A stretch of 42,587 nt of DNA from a candidate division WWE3 bacterium (GCA_016182565.1 JACPGI010000002.1:1-42587), one strand, 5' to 3'. Shown: positions 8,105 to 17,909, numbered from the stretch's first letter. The notes: generated by a model from the letters alone, not told the origin. A program made the numbers and translations.

Positions 8105-9637
8105 TTAATCAATCCGTAATTCTTTTCTGATGTGGACTTTTGCTTTGTCCGACTTCACAAACTTAAGCCAATCATGGTTTGGTTTTCTTTTTGACAAAGA
8201 AGTTTTTATTTCTACAACATCACCGGTTTTAAGTACGTAGTTTAGTTTTTGTATAACTCCATTTACTAAGCCTCCTACACAACTATTTCCTATTTTTGTG
8301 TGTACACCATAGGCAAAATCCACAATACATCCACCATTTGGTATTTCTATGATGTCTCCTTTTGGAGTAAACACATAAACTTTATTTTCAAAATGTTTTA
8401 TTTTGGTAATTCCTTCGTTGGTTTCTAGTTCTTTGCTCCAACCTGATACATCTTTTAAAAAATTTGGATTTTCTTGCATGTTTTTCTTGAACTTATCTCC
8501 AAGTTTGTATGCCAAATGACTTGCCTTACCAAACTTGTTAAGTTCATTCATTTCGTGAGTTCTTACTTGAATTTCTACAAAACTTCCATCTTCTGTTTTG
8601 TAAACATTGTGCAGTGACTGATATCCCGATGGCTTTGGACTCAATATGTAATCATCTCTTAATTTATCTTGTCTTTCCCAGAGTTTGTTTAAGATGTCCT
8701 CGGTTTTGTAGCAAAGTTCTGTAGTGTCTACTATTATTCTCATTGCCGAAATGTCATAAATTTCTGAAAGATTTTTTGATGTTGCAAGTCCGCTTGAGAT
8801 ATATTTTTGAGATTTTTTATGAATACTATATATATGTTTTATTCGGTAGGTGATTTCGCAGTTTATACCACTTTCTAATAAAATTTCTTTGATGACTGGG
8901 ATATTTTTATTAAGAAATTCCTCGAGGTGTGGGAGTTTTTCTTTGATTTCTTGTTCTATTTCATAAAATCTACTTGGATAAAGTATCTTAAAACCCCCAT
9001 TTTCAAGTTCTTTTGTAATAGTGTTAAGTTGTAAAAGCCTTGCGATAGGAGAATACACATACAAAGATCTTTGGGCTACTTGAATTCCAAGCTCGCGAGG
9101 TAGTGCATAGGCTGTTTCTATATTATCGGCTCTATCAGCAAGACGAATAAGAAGAACTCTTATATCTTTGGCAAGATTCATATACGTTTGGATGATTAGT
9201 TTTTCGTTTAAGCCTTGAGTTCCTTCATGAGCAACTTTTATGCTGTGAAGTTCATTATAAATTTGAATAATTTGTAAAATATCTTCCCCAAACGCTTCTT
9301 TTAATTGTGAAGTCAGTTCTTTTTTATTTATATTTGGTGTTTCAAATGCAAGATGAAGTAGGGAAGCCACAAGCACATTTTCATCGGTGATGTTGGAATC
9401 AATAAGCTTTCGTGTAACCCTTAAAGCGTGTTCATAAGCGTTTTCTCCGGAAAGGCGAGTGAAGTCTTTGTAGAGTTTTTTGGCAAAAAGGCTTGCTGTT
9501 TTGAGCTTTGGGGTTGTTGCCTCAACGTCATCTAATATTTTATCTATTGGTGTTTTAGCCCGTTCCTGCCTTGTTTGGTAAGGTGGTGGGGTTGGTTTAT
9601 TGGGCTTTTTCTGTGTTTGTTTAGTAGTTCCAGACAT
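8105..9637 (-). CDS. RelA/SpoT homologue: degenerate HD domain, (p)ppGpp synthetase, TGS; no ZFD/ACT
   Basis: RIKHIYSIHKK, DISAMRII, GYQSLH, EIQVRT and TGS (VYVFTPKGD, DFAYGVHT) motifs; start moved to ATG 9637 because a TGCTATAAT promoter lies inside the longer ORF. Confidence 0.9.
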   Translation of the reverse strand: MSGTTKQTQKKPNKPTPPPYQTRQERAKTPIDKILDDVEATTPKLKTASLFAKKLYKDFTRLSGENAYEHALRVTRKLIDSNITDENVLVASLLHLAFETPNINKKELTSQLKEAFGEDILQIIQIYNELHSIKVAHEGTQGLNEKLIIQTYMNLAKDIRVLLIRLADRADNIETAYALPRELGIQVAQRSLYVYSPIARLLQLNTITKELENGGFKILYPSRFYEIEQEIKEKLPHLEEFLNKNIPVIKEILLESGINCEITYRIKHIYSIHKKSQKYISSGLATSKNLSEIYDISAMRIIVDTTELCYKTEDILNKLWERQDKLRDDYILSPKPSGYQSLHNVYKTEDGSFVEIQVRTHEMNELNKFGKASHLAYKLGDKFKKNMQENPNFLKDVSGWSKELETNEGITKIKHFENKVYVFTPKGDIIEIPNGGCIVDFAYGVHTKIGNSCVGGLVNGVIQKLNYVLKTGDVVEIKTSLSKRKPNHDWLKFVKSDKAKVHIRKELRID

Positions 9638-9680
9638 GGTGGTTGTGGCTTTTATATATTGTAGATATTTGTTTGGGGGA

Positions 9681-9689
9681 ATTATAGCA
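9681..9689 (-). promoter_or_regulatory. Extended -10 promoter of the RSH gene
   Basis: TGCTATAAT on the minus strand. Confidence 0.6.
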
Positions 9690-9729
9690 GGAGGTGGTGG
9701 TTCTGGGCCTAACATCTGGATACTATGGG

Positions 9730-9758
9730 TTGACAGAATGCAATTTTAGACCTATAAT
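9730..9758 (+). promoter_or_regulatory. Consensus sigma70 promoter, divergent from the RSH gene
   Basis: TTGACA (9730-9735), 17 nt spacer, TATAAT (9753-9758). Confidence 0.8.
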
Positions 9759-9801
9759 AGCAACAGGAATTAATCTATACCAAAATCAAGGAGATGATAA
9801 C

Positions 9802-10323
9802 ATGATCAAAATTACGAAAGATTTAAAGCAGGCCATTCTTGATGTGGTTGCAGGCAGGTCATTTGGAAACGTCGCAGTGCACATACCTGCTTCGGTTACC
9901 ACATCTGATGAAATCGCCGCTGTGCTTGCTGATGTTGACACTCAAAAAACGACTGTTGACAACACCGCCAAGCAATTGCGCGAGATCGAACTCAAGGCTA
10001 AGGAAGCGGATGTTACTTCGGCTGAAGAGACTCTCAAGGACGCCAAGAAGGCATTGGCTGATGTCAACCAGCAAATCGTGGCGGCCGATGATGAGTCACT
10101 GACTCTCAAACAGCTGGCTGTGATTTTGAAGAATCAGGCACGGACATGCCTTCGGCTTGAAATCCACGCCCGACAGGAAGAGGAAGATAGGGCTCTTCTG
10201 GAAGAAATCGCCGCAGGTGATGAACAGCCCTTGGATCTTACCGCGACGACTGTGACTCCCGCGCCAAAACCGGCCAAAGAAAAGTTTTGGGAAAGGATCG
10301 TGAAGGCTGCAAAAAGCAATTAA
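9802..10323 (+). CDS. Hypothetical coiled-coil protein (173 aa)
   Basis: AAGGAG at 9788-9793 before ATG 9802; heptad-like Ala/Glu/Lys-rich centre; GC-richer codons. Confidence 0.75.
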   Translation: MIKITKDLKQAILDVVAGRSFGNVAVHIPASVTTSDEIAAVLADVDTQKTTVDNTAKQLREIELKAKEADVTSAEETLKDAKKALADVNQQIVAADDESLTLKQLAVILKNQARTCLRLEIHARQEEEDRALLEEIAAGDEQPLDLTATTVTPAPKPAKEKFWERIVKAAKSN

Positions 10324-10352
10324 TGCCGCGGCCCATATTGTGCAATTAAACT

Positions 10353-10397
10353 TCGTGGCAGGCATCAACTACAAACCGTAGATGATGCCTGCCTCGA
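10353..10397 (+). terminator. GC-rich hairpin, terminator-like or REP-like
   Basis: GGCAGGCATCA / TGATGCCTGCC arms plus an inner CTAC/GTAG stem; weak U-tract. Confidence 0.55.
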
Positions 10398-10551
10398 TTT
10401 ACTTATAGGTGTATAATAGATATATACCCTAGATAATTATTTATTAGGTTGTAATATTAGAAGAATCTTAGACCTAATAAGCAATTATCGAAATCTGATA
10501 TTGCAAAAAATTTCAAATCAAAAAACAGTATTCAAATCAAAGGAGTTAAAT

Positions 10552-11439
10552 ATGACACCGATTTTACGTACGATTTTCTTTACAGTGGTGGCAGTGTTTT
10601 GCCTACTGCTTGGGGTATTTGAAGCGTTTTTTCCGTTTGGTGGGCTTGTGATCAACCGCCTGTTGGGAGCGTTTCTCGTGTTTGCGGGAGTGCTTCATCT
10701 CATCTTTACCTGGCTGAGCAGTACCCCTATGTCGAAGGCAAAATTCTGGTGGCCATTGGCGCCGGCAATTATTCTCTTCGTGATGAGTTTCTGCTATTCG
10801 GTATCGACTTCGGTTCTTGATGCAAGTCGTGCAGAAATGTCAGCAGGCCCAACGCTCCAGAGCGCGTTGGCAACGCAGGGTATTCCCACGATGGAGCCAT
10901 TACCCACGTCTACATTACTTCCCGAGGAATTCGCACCAAACATTGGTGGCGGTGCAGAATTACCTCCGGCAGTTGATTCTGGCAACCTGCTTTTGCAAGG
11001 CGCCCTGCCTGAGTTTACCCCGCCCAATACCACCCGTTTTGCGGTTGTGGAAATTGTTCTTCCTAATGCCACTTGGGCGCAGCCGGGCTTCAATATTCCT
11101 TGGCCCAAGCACGAAATTCAGGACAACACCCGCCAGGACTCCCCGCCAGCGAATGGTGTGGAGATTTGGTATGCGTTCCAGGTCCGCCCCGGCGATATTA
11201 TCCTGGGCAATGGGACCGGTGTTGCAACGGCCAGCGGTTGGTACGACGAGGGGTGCAGTTTTTGGTATGAAAACACCACTGCATTCCAGCAGACCGTCTT
11301 TGTTCGAAACGGCGAAATCATGGTGATGAACCAGCCGAACGACGAGGCAACCATGGACGAAATGGCGCTTGTGCTGCTCAAATTCGTTATATCCACGAAC
11401 GGTATGCCTTCCGCGGCCTTCCTCGGCAAGATCCAATAA
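10552..11439 (+). CDS. Hypothetical membrane protein: 3 N-terminal TM helices, Pro/Thr linker, soluble domain
   Basis: AAGGAG at 10540-10545 before ATG 10552; three hydrophobic segments followed by a PTMEPLPTSTLLP linker. Confidence 0.78.
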   Translation: MTPILRTIFFTVVAVFCLLLGVFEAFFPFGGLVINRLLGAFLVFAGVLHLIFTWLSSTPMSKAKFWWPLAPAIILFVMSFCYSVSTSVLDASRAEMSAGPTLQSALATQGIPTMEPLPTSTLLPEEFAPNIGGGAELPPAVDSGNLLLQGALPEFTPPNTTRFAVVEIVLPNATWAQPGFNIPWPKHEIQDNTRQDSPPANGVEIWYAFQVRPGDIILGNGTGVATASGWYDEGCSFWYENTTAFQQTVFVRNGEIMVMNQPNDEATMDEMALVLLKFVISTNGMPSAAFLGKIQ

Positions 11440-11469
11440 GCCAAGGAAAAAGGTCAAGTTTTAAACAAT

Positions 11470-11508
11470 CTGGGCAATGATATGAGGATTTTCTCTATCG
11501 TTGCCCGG
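11470..11508 (+). terminator. Hairpin downstream of the orphan gene
   Basis: GGGCAATGATA / TATCGTTGCCC with one G-U pair, plus inner GAG/CTC. Confidence 0.5.
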
Positions 11509-11566
11509 AACACCGAGAGTATAATTTCCCTCAATTGTACTTTCAGTGTTCTTAGAACATTTAAAG

Positions 11567-11604
11567 AAAGAGCCCTAATTTATTAGGGCTCTTTTCTGTT
11601 TTTT
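11567..11604 (+). terminator. Intrinsic terminator, potentially bidirectional
   Basis: AAAGAGCCCTAAT / ATTAGGGCTCTTT followed by a T-rich tract. Confidence 0.75.
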
Positions 11605-11618
11605 GCTAGAATTACATA

Positions 11619-12500
11619 GTGCAGGAAAAACTTTTAAACCTTTTAAATAAAATTGCCTCACCGTTTGTTGGTAGGGGAATCATTCATAAAAATCTCCCAT
11701 TCTTAATGCATTTATACGAATTTTTTTACTTTCACTTACAAAAAAATGAAGATACTGTGTTTGAACTTCCATTACAGGCTAAACTTAAGGCACCTTTGAA
11801 GGATACTCACACTAGTTTTTTTCTGTCTACAAAAGGTGAATTTGAACCGGTTCAAACTAAGCTACTAATTTCACTACTGCAGCTTGATTCAATTGTATTA
11901 GATATAGGTGCTAATTTTGGTTACTACTCTGTTATTACGGCTAAAAAGTGTGATAGGGGGATGGTTTATGCTTTTGAGCCTGACAATAGAAACTTCAATT
12001 ACTTAAAAGCTAATTTTGAACTAAATAAGTTACAAAATATGCAGGTTTTCCCACTAGCCTTGGGTGATAAAACTGGTAAGGTTAAGTTTAGTCAGGGAAA
12101 GAGACATATGGGAAGTTCTCACATAAGTACAAGTTCAGAGTTTGATTATCAGGTTGATATGATGACTCTTGATACCTTTGCTACTCAAAATAATATAAAC
12201 CTTGTGAATGTAATACTTATTGATGTAGAGGGCTTTGAGCTATTAATACTAAAAAATGCTACCGAGCTTATCTCCAGATCTCCGAATCTGTACGTGTTTA
12301 TTGAATATAACCCAATTACTCTTGAAGAATTTAGCTTTAACTCTTCTGATTTTTTCTCAACGATGGAAAGTTTAAATTTACAGCCCATCAAAATAATAAA
12401 TGAACAAAAAGGCGCTTTACTTGATTACAGTAGTGAATCTTTACAGGAAGTAATGAAAAACTCCACTTATACTAATCTGTTATTTAAGAAAAAAACATGA
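11619..12500 (+). CDS. FkbM-family SAM-dependent methyltransferase
   Basis: VLDIGANFGYYS, YAFEP and IDVEGFE motifs. Confidence 0.9.
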   Translation: MQEKLLNLLNKIASPFVGRGIIHKNLPFLMHLYEFFYFHLQKNEDTVFELPLQAKLKAPLKDTHTSFFLSTKGEFEPVQTKLLISLLQLDSIVLDIGANFGYYSVITAKKCDRGMVYAFEPDNRNFNYLKANFELNKLQNMQVFPLALGDKTGKVKFSQGKRHMGSSHISTSSEFDYQVDMMTLDTFATQNNINLVNVILIDVEGFELLILKNATELISRSPNLYVFIEYNPITLEEFSFNSSDFFSTMESLNLQPIKIINEQKGALLDYSSESLQEVMKNSTYTNLLFKKKT

Positions 12501-13792
12501 ATTTAAGAACTGCCCAATCAGACTTTAACCAGGAGGAAAATGTAATTGTAGTAACAAGCTATCCTGAAGTAGTGGGTAAAAGCTTGTCTAATATTTCTGG
12601 AGTCGCAACTTATAGTTTTCATATGTTGCCATCATTCACAGCTTTGTTAAATAAATCTGACCGCAACTTAATTATCATTGCTGACAAAATAGGTGGAAAA
12701 AATAGCCATAGGTTGGAAAATGAGAACTCGCTTCTTCTGAGAGTTTGGCAAAGAAAGTCGCTTGGTGTGTTTAGAGAAATTTTGAATGCGATCGGGAAAT
12801 TTACTAAAGTAAAGAAGATCCTGTTTCATTTTGAGTTCAATATGTTTGCAGATGCCTATGTCACAGGGCTATTGCCTTGGTACCTATTCATTCTAAAGCT
12901 GAGGGGGAAGGAAGTTACTATACTAATGCATCAAGTAGTAGAGGATTTATCGAACCTTTCAGGCCATTTAAATATTAAGCGAGGTTCTCTAAGAATGTTA
13001 ACCCTCTCTTTTTTGCTTAATACCTATACAAAGCTTCTATGTTTATCTTCCTCAAAGATCATAGTTCATGACGAAGTGCTGAAACAAAGGTTAAAAAAAA
13101 TTGTAAAGAAAGAGGTTTTTGTGGTTCCACATGGTTTAGGAGAATATACTCACGTTGCAGACCAAAATACATCCCGTGAACACTTAGAAATTAAAAAGAG
13201 TAAGTTCGTTGTACTATGTTTTGGCTTTTTAACTTGGTACAAGGGAAGCGATTGGATTGTAGATGAATTTATAAACTACTTTAAAAGAACAAAGGACACG
13301 TCGGTACAGCTAATTCTGGCTGGTGGCAAGAGCGCTACACTTAGTGGTCATTCTAATTATGATGCATATTATGATAGTTTAGTTAACAAGGTTTTGGCAT
13401 ATCCCACTATAAAAATTACAGGTTATATACCGGAATCTGAAGTCAAATACTATTATGGGGCATCTGACATTGTTGTACTGCCCTACAGATTTCAGATGAG
13501 TGCTAGTGGGCCTTTTTCGATAGGGCTTTCTATGGAGAGGCCATTTCTACTTTCCGAAAATCTAAAGGGGGTCTTGTACACTGAGGATATTAAATATGCC
13601 ATGGAAGAATTTAATCTAAACGAAAGAGACTTATTATTTAAACTGGAGGACAGAAGCTTTTTTGCAAAGATAATTAAACTAATAAACAATAAGAGGGAAA
13701 TAACCACATTAAAAAAACTTTCTACGCAGATTTCAAAAGAGAGGCAATGGAAAAAAGTAGTTAATAAATTTTTGTATATATTAGATGCTTAA
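12497..13792 (+). CDS. GT-B (GT4-like) glycosyltransferase
   Basis: VVPHG, FGFLTWYKG, ASDIVVLPY..SASGP motifs. Confidence 0.85.
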   Translation: MNLRTAQSDFNQEENVIVVTSYPEVVGKSLSNISGVATYSFHMLPSFTALLNKSDRNLIIIADKIGGKNSHRLENENSLLLRVWQRKSLGVFREILNAIGKFTKVKKILFHFEFNMFADAYVTGLLPWYLFILKLRGKEVTILMHQVVEDLSNLSGHLNIKRGSLRMLTLSFLLNTYTKLLCLSSSKIIVHDEVLKQRLKKIVKKEVFVVPHGLGEYTHVADQNTSREHLEIKKSKFVVLCFGFLTWYKGSDWIVDEFINYFKRTKDTSVQLILAGGKSATLSGHSNYDAYYDSLVNKVLAYPTIKITGYIPESEVKYYYGASDIVVLPYRFQMSASGPFSIGLSMERPFLLSENLKGVLYTEDIKYAMEEFNLNERDLLFKLEDRSFFAKIIKLINNKREITTLKKLSTQISKERQWKKVVNKFLYILDA

Positions 13793-16736
13793 ATCAATTT
13801 GGCAAGATAAAATATACCTTCCCATTCTTTTAGTAGTTGTGCTTATTGTATTTGCAATGAATTACAGCTATGGGACTACACTTTCCGGTTGGGACAATCT
13901 TCAAACTGAGTTGAACCCCACTTTAAACATTTCGCGTGGTTTTTGGGGAGTTTGGCAAGATTTTCAAAGTTTTGGTAATACCAGTGGTATGGCCTACCCA
14001 GCTACGTTTGTTTATTCTGTAATGACCTACTTATTAAGTATGTTATTGCCAGTAAGCCTCATACGATATTTTTTGGTTTTTTGTTTTATATTTATTGGTG
14101 ATATAGGTGTTTACTATCTATTAAAGTTTCTTGGATTTGACGAAGAAAAGAGGCCCCTTTCGCTTATTGGTGCTCTTGTTTATATTTTTTCATTGCCTAA
14201 TCTTCAGTTAATTGCACTCCCAACTGAGAGTTTCATTTCTTTTATGGCTCTTTTGCCTTTTGAAGTTCTACTTTCATTGCGTATTTTCCATGCAACTACA
14301 AAGAAAGATACATTTAAATATAGTCTGCTCTTATTTTTAGTAATGTTTTTTGGGGCAATTCAGTTTTTAACACAGACCATGTTTGTGGTACTAGTTTTTG
14401 TTATATTTTCCTTTGGTTTCGAGCTTTTTTTCCATTTATCTTTCAAAAGAGCGCTAGGTAGAAATATAACTATATTTTATATATTACTTGCTAGTAGCTT
14501 GTTTTGGATTTTACCTCAGATATATTTTTTAGCTAATAATTACTCAATTGTTGGATCTTCAAAAATTAATCAAATTGCTACGGAAAACGTTATTTTACAA
14601 AACTTGAGCAGGGGAAACGTTTGGGATTTTATGGTCGGTAAAGGTATATATTTTGATTTGTTTAGTGCAAACGGAGATCGTATTTTTAGTAATTGGGAAA
14701 AACACTTTAGTCACCCTATTACCAAAGTTGCAACAGTAGTTTTAGTATCTTGTTTTTTTCTTGGTATTTTTAAAAAAAGTAAATATCATCTTGGGTTTGT
14801 TCTTCTATATTTTGACGTAGCTCTGGTACTCTTGAATGTGTTTCCTCTAAACTTTATAGGGCAGCTATTGAGAGAAGTTCCATTGGTTAGTCAGATTTTT
14901 AGGTCACCGTTCACTAAGTTTGCTAGTGTCTACGCACTTTTGTTTGCATATTTTATTGTCTCAGGATTAGATTCAATTAGTACCTTTATATTTAATAGGA
15001 CCAAGTACAACAGTGTAAGTTTACGTGCCAACTTTTTAAGTTTTATTTCGATTACGTTCCTTTTTGTTTTTGCATTCCCTATATTTCAAGGTGAGTTATT
15101 CCCTAAATTTTTAAAGGTAAATTTCCCAAGTAGTTACACAGAAATTCAAACTTTTTTTAGTGCAATACCAAAGACAGAACGTATAGTTATTGCGCCTGAT
15201 GCATCGTTTTGGGGCTGGTATAAGCATTCTTGGGGTTATGAGGGGTCGGGTTTTTTGTGGTACGGTTTAGATCACCCTATTATTGCTCGTACGTTTGATG
15301 TTTGGGGGCAGGCAAGCGAAAGTTTTTATTGGGAGGAAAAGTATGCATTCGAGTCTAAAAATCCAGCATTATTAGCAAACGTTTTAGATAAGTATTCTAT
15401 AGATTGGCTGTTATTTGATAATTCCCTTTTACCTATTACTCCTGGCACTGGTGGCATAAAGTATCCTATATATAAAGAAGTTTTGAATGCTACACCAGGT
15501 ATAACGCAAGTTAAAGCAATAGGTGACCTTGAAATATATAAGTTTGATAAAAAAGAGGTCACCTCATCCTATATAAGTGTTTCAGATAGCTTACCTCCCG
15601 TTATTGGCCCAGAAGTTAGCTTAACCGATTTAGATACAGCCTACGTACAGGTGGGGGATTATTTAAGTGGTTTAAATCCACAGGTTATATACCCATTTTT
15701 AGATTTAACTACAAAAACCCGAATTTCCAATAAGGGTTGGAAAATCTATGAGGGGCCAAACTATACCACCCTAATATTTGAGTCTACTGATGATCTAGAG
15801 AGCAAATACAATTTAATACTTCCTGAAGTACCCCTAACATCAGGTAAGATATTTAATGGTACTAGTGTTGAAGTTTTGAAGCCATCCTTCGAGGCCACTC
15901 TAAAAGGTAATAAACTTGAACTTACAATTGAGAAACGTCTTATAAACGACTTCAAAATTAGTGCTGCTAATGTCAAAAATTGTGGACTAAGTACAGGAAC
16001 TATATCAAGTGAGGTAAAAGGTACTGATTTAGTGCTCAAGAGTGGGGGTGGTGGCATTGCTTGTTTTGGGTTCGATTTGCCATTTTTACCCCACTGGAAT
16101 GGGTATTTTGTAAGTACTTTATCAAAGAATGTTGAGAATAACGCATTATATCTGTATATTCTTGGTGGTAAATCCGATAGATTTTCCCGATTTGAAGACA
16201 AGCTAAGCCATGGGGTTTCTAGTATAATTTTACCTGAGGGTTTTTACTTTGATGATGGTTATTCTTTTGTTTTTCAAAACCAAGCCTTCGGAAATATAAC
16301 TTCAGAAAATATATTAGAGAGTTTAGCGGTGTATATTTTTCCGTTTAACTATATCAAAAATATAACTTTAGTCTCAAAAGACTACCAAATGGTCCAGGAT
16401 CCAGCAATAAATGTTGAAGTTTCTTCCAATGCAATTGCCACGAAAATATTACCTATCCTTTATAAAGTTGAGGGTTTAGGCCAAGAAGTAAAAGTAGTAA
16501 AATTTTGGCAAAGTTATGATAGAGGTTGGATAGCAGTGTGTGGTCTCAAATTGTGTAATGTGGATCATGTAAGGGTTAATAATTGGGCAAATGCATGGGT
16601 TTCAGGAACTGGGTTTGACAGCCAAACTGTCTATATATTTTTCTGGCCAGCCATTTTACAGCATTTAGGTTGGATTTTTGGAGTAATCTACGCTACGCAT
16701 TTATTTAAACTTTATCGGAAAGACAACATATCGTAG
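13785..16736 (+). CDS. Large multi-pass membrane protein, putative GT-C glycosyltransferase (YfhO/AftD-like)
   Basis: Many TM segments in the N-terminal half, GWDN acidic loop, FRSPFTKF motif, large soluble C-terminal part with a terminal TM; coupled to the GT gene. Confidence 0.7.
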   Translation: MLKSIWQDKIYLPILLVVVLIVFAMNYSYGTTLSGWDNLQTELNPTLNISRGFWGVWQDFQSFGNTSGMAYPATFVYSVMTYLLSMLLPVSLIRYFLVFCFIFIGDIGVYYLLKFLGFDEEKRPLSLIGALVYIFSLPNLQLIALPTESFISFMALLPFEVLLSLRIFHATTKKDTFKYSLLLFLVMFFGAIQFLTQTMFVVLVFVIFSFGFELFFHLSFKRALGRNITIFYILLASSLFWILPQIYFLANNYSIVGSSKINQIATENVILQNLSRGNVWDFMVGKGIYFDLFSANGDRIFSNWEKHFSHPITKVATVVLVSCFFLGIFKKSKYHLGFVLLYFDVALVLLNVFPLNFIGQLLREVPLVSQIFRSPFTKFASVYALLFAYFIVSGLDSISTFIFNRTKYNSVSLRANFLSFISITFLFVFAFPIFQGELFPKFLKVNFPSSYTEIQTFFSAIPKTERIVIAPDASFWGWYKHSWGYEGSGFLWYGLDHPIIARTFDVWGQASESFYWEEKYAFESKNPALLANVLDKYSIDWLLFDNSLLPITPGTGGIKYPIYKEVLNATPGITQVKAIGDLEIYKFDKKEVTSSYISVSDSLPPVIGPEVSLTDLDTAYVQVGDYLSGLNPQVIYPFLDLTTKTRISNKGWKIYEGPNYTTLIFESTDDLESKYNLILPEVPLTSGKIFNGTSVEVLKPSFEATLKGNKLELTIEKRLINDFKISAANVKNCGLSTGTISSEVKGTDLVLKSGGGGIACFGFDLPFLPHWNGYFVSTLSKNVENNALYLYILGGKSDRFSRFEDKLSHGVSSIILPEGFYFDDGYSFVFQNQAFGNITSENILESLAVYIFPFNYIKNITLVSKDYQMVQDPAINVEVSSNAIATKILPILYKVEGLGQEVKVVKFWQSYDRGWIAVCGLKLCNVDHVRVNNWANAWVSGTGFDSQTVYIFFWPAILQHLGWIFGVIYATHLFKLYRKDNIS

Positions 16737-16810
16737 CTACCCAATTAGTTACAAGGCTTATAGAACAGTATTGATAGTGTAGCCACCTAGACACATACTC
16801 TATTCGCCAT

Positions 16811-16839
16811 TTGACCCCTATTAACCTATAGGGTATAAT
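16811..16839 (+). promoter_or_regulatory. sigma70 promoter with internal inverted repeat
   Basis: TTGACC, 17 nt spacer, TATAAT; CCCTAT-N6-ATAGGG in the spacer region. Confidence 0.65.
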
Positions 16840-17061
16840 GAGCCTATAGAAATGCATCTATTTGATTTCTCCCGTAAAGACGCCAAAAGCGCCTATCTTT
16901 TTAATCTAGGGTATATATTGCTCTGGGTTGAATAATACGTGGATATCTATAGTCATTCTAAGTAAGCCGGTTAGCTTCACTACAGTTTAATTACAGCTAT
17001 AGGGCACAAAAAGTATTCAATTTTAGGTTTCTAGTATAAAACACAAGAGTAATTAGAAAAT

Positions 17062-17715
17062 ATGACTAATAAACTAAATGAAAATAAAATAAGTTCTTCA
17101 AAAATGCTTTCAAAAGGCATTGGTTTTGCATCAGCCTTAACCATTCTAGCTTTGTCTTTTAACGGTTTAGCTTTTGCTGACTGTGAACCAGATGGAGCAT
17201 ACGGTCAAATCTGTACTTATACAAAGGAGTTTGAAATCGATAAACAAGTAAGATTTGTAGGCGATGATGACTGGAAAGATAAAATTGTTGGTGTTAAAGA
17301 AGGCCAAAAGTTTGAATTTAAGGTGTCTATCAAAAATAACGGCGAGGTAGACGTAGATAGTATGAAGATGATTGATTTCTTGCCAGACGAAATTGAAAGA
17401 ATTAGTGGAGATGAGTTAGTAGAGTACTGGGAGAACTTTGAATCTGGCGAAAGAAAGAACTTTGTCTTTGAGGCTAAGGTAAGAGATGTTGAATATGATA
17501 AGAAAAACTTTGAAAAGTGTGTTGTAAACAAAGCCGAAGCTTACTACTCAGATAATGAGATAGGTTCTGCTACAGCTGTTGTCTGTTATGGTGATTCACA
17601 ACCAAAAGAACTTCCAAAGACCGGCCCAATTGATAACGGTTTGTTAGGTATCTTAGGACTTGTTTCTACCGGTTTAGGTCTTTCTTTGAAATCACTTCTT
17701 AAAAGAGCCAAGTAA
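17062..17715 (+). CDS. Secreted LPXTG sortase substrate with DUF11-like Ig domain
   Basis: Signal peptide (..LAFA|D), FKVSIKNNG..DFLP motif, C-terminal LPKTG + TM + basic tail. Confidence 0.85.
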   Translation: MTNKLNENKISSSKMLSKGIGFASALTILALSFNGLAFADCEPDGAYGQICTYTKEFEIDKQVRFVGDDDWKDKIVGVKEGQKFEFKVSIKNNGEVDVDSMKMIDFLPDEIERISGDELVEYWENFESGERKNFVFEAKVRDVEYDKKNFEKCVVNKAEAYYSDNEIGSATAVVCYGDSQPKELPKTGPIDNGLLGILGLVSTGLGLSLKSLLKRAK

Positions 17716-17780
17716 ATAAGATTTTGCACCTGATTTGTCTTGTACATTTAATCTTTACCTTTGCGCCTTAGGGCCTAAGG

Positions 17781-17824
17781 TAGAGTAGCTGGGTTTGCCT
17801 TGTCTTACGCGGCTACTCTATTTT
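17781..17824 (+). terminator. Hairpin with T-tract after the LPXTG gene
   Basis: TAGAGTAGC / GCTACTCTA followed by TTTT; preceded by the small hairpin CCTTAG-GGC-CTAAGG. Confidence 0.5.
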
Positions 17825-17909
17825 GGGTCTTAATGTTTTTTTAGCGAGACCCAATATTCCAGATGTGCACTCTACAAGGTTACAAAAGGTTTATTATGAA
17901 AGAACGTAT

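Noticed and set aside
9638-9801. N-terminal extensions of the RSH ORF (start 9715) and the orphan ORF (start 9694)
   Set aside because: They overlap each other and contain the divergent promoters; better starts exist at 9637 and 9802.
10794-11457. Several long alternative-frame ORFs over the GC-richer orphan gene
   Set aside because: Expected from higher GC and fewer stop codons; only the 10552 frame has an SD and a coherent TM/linker architecture.
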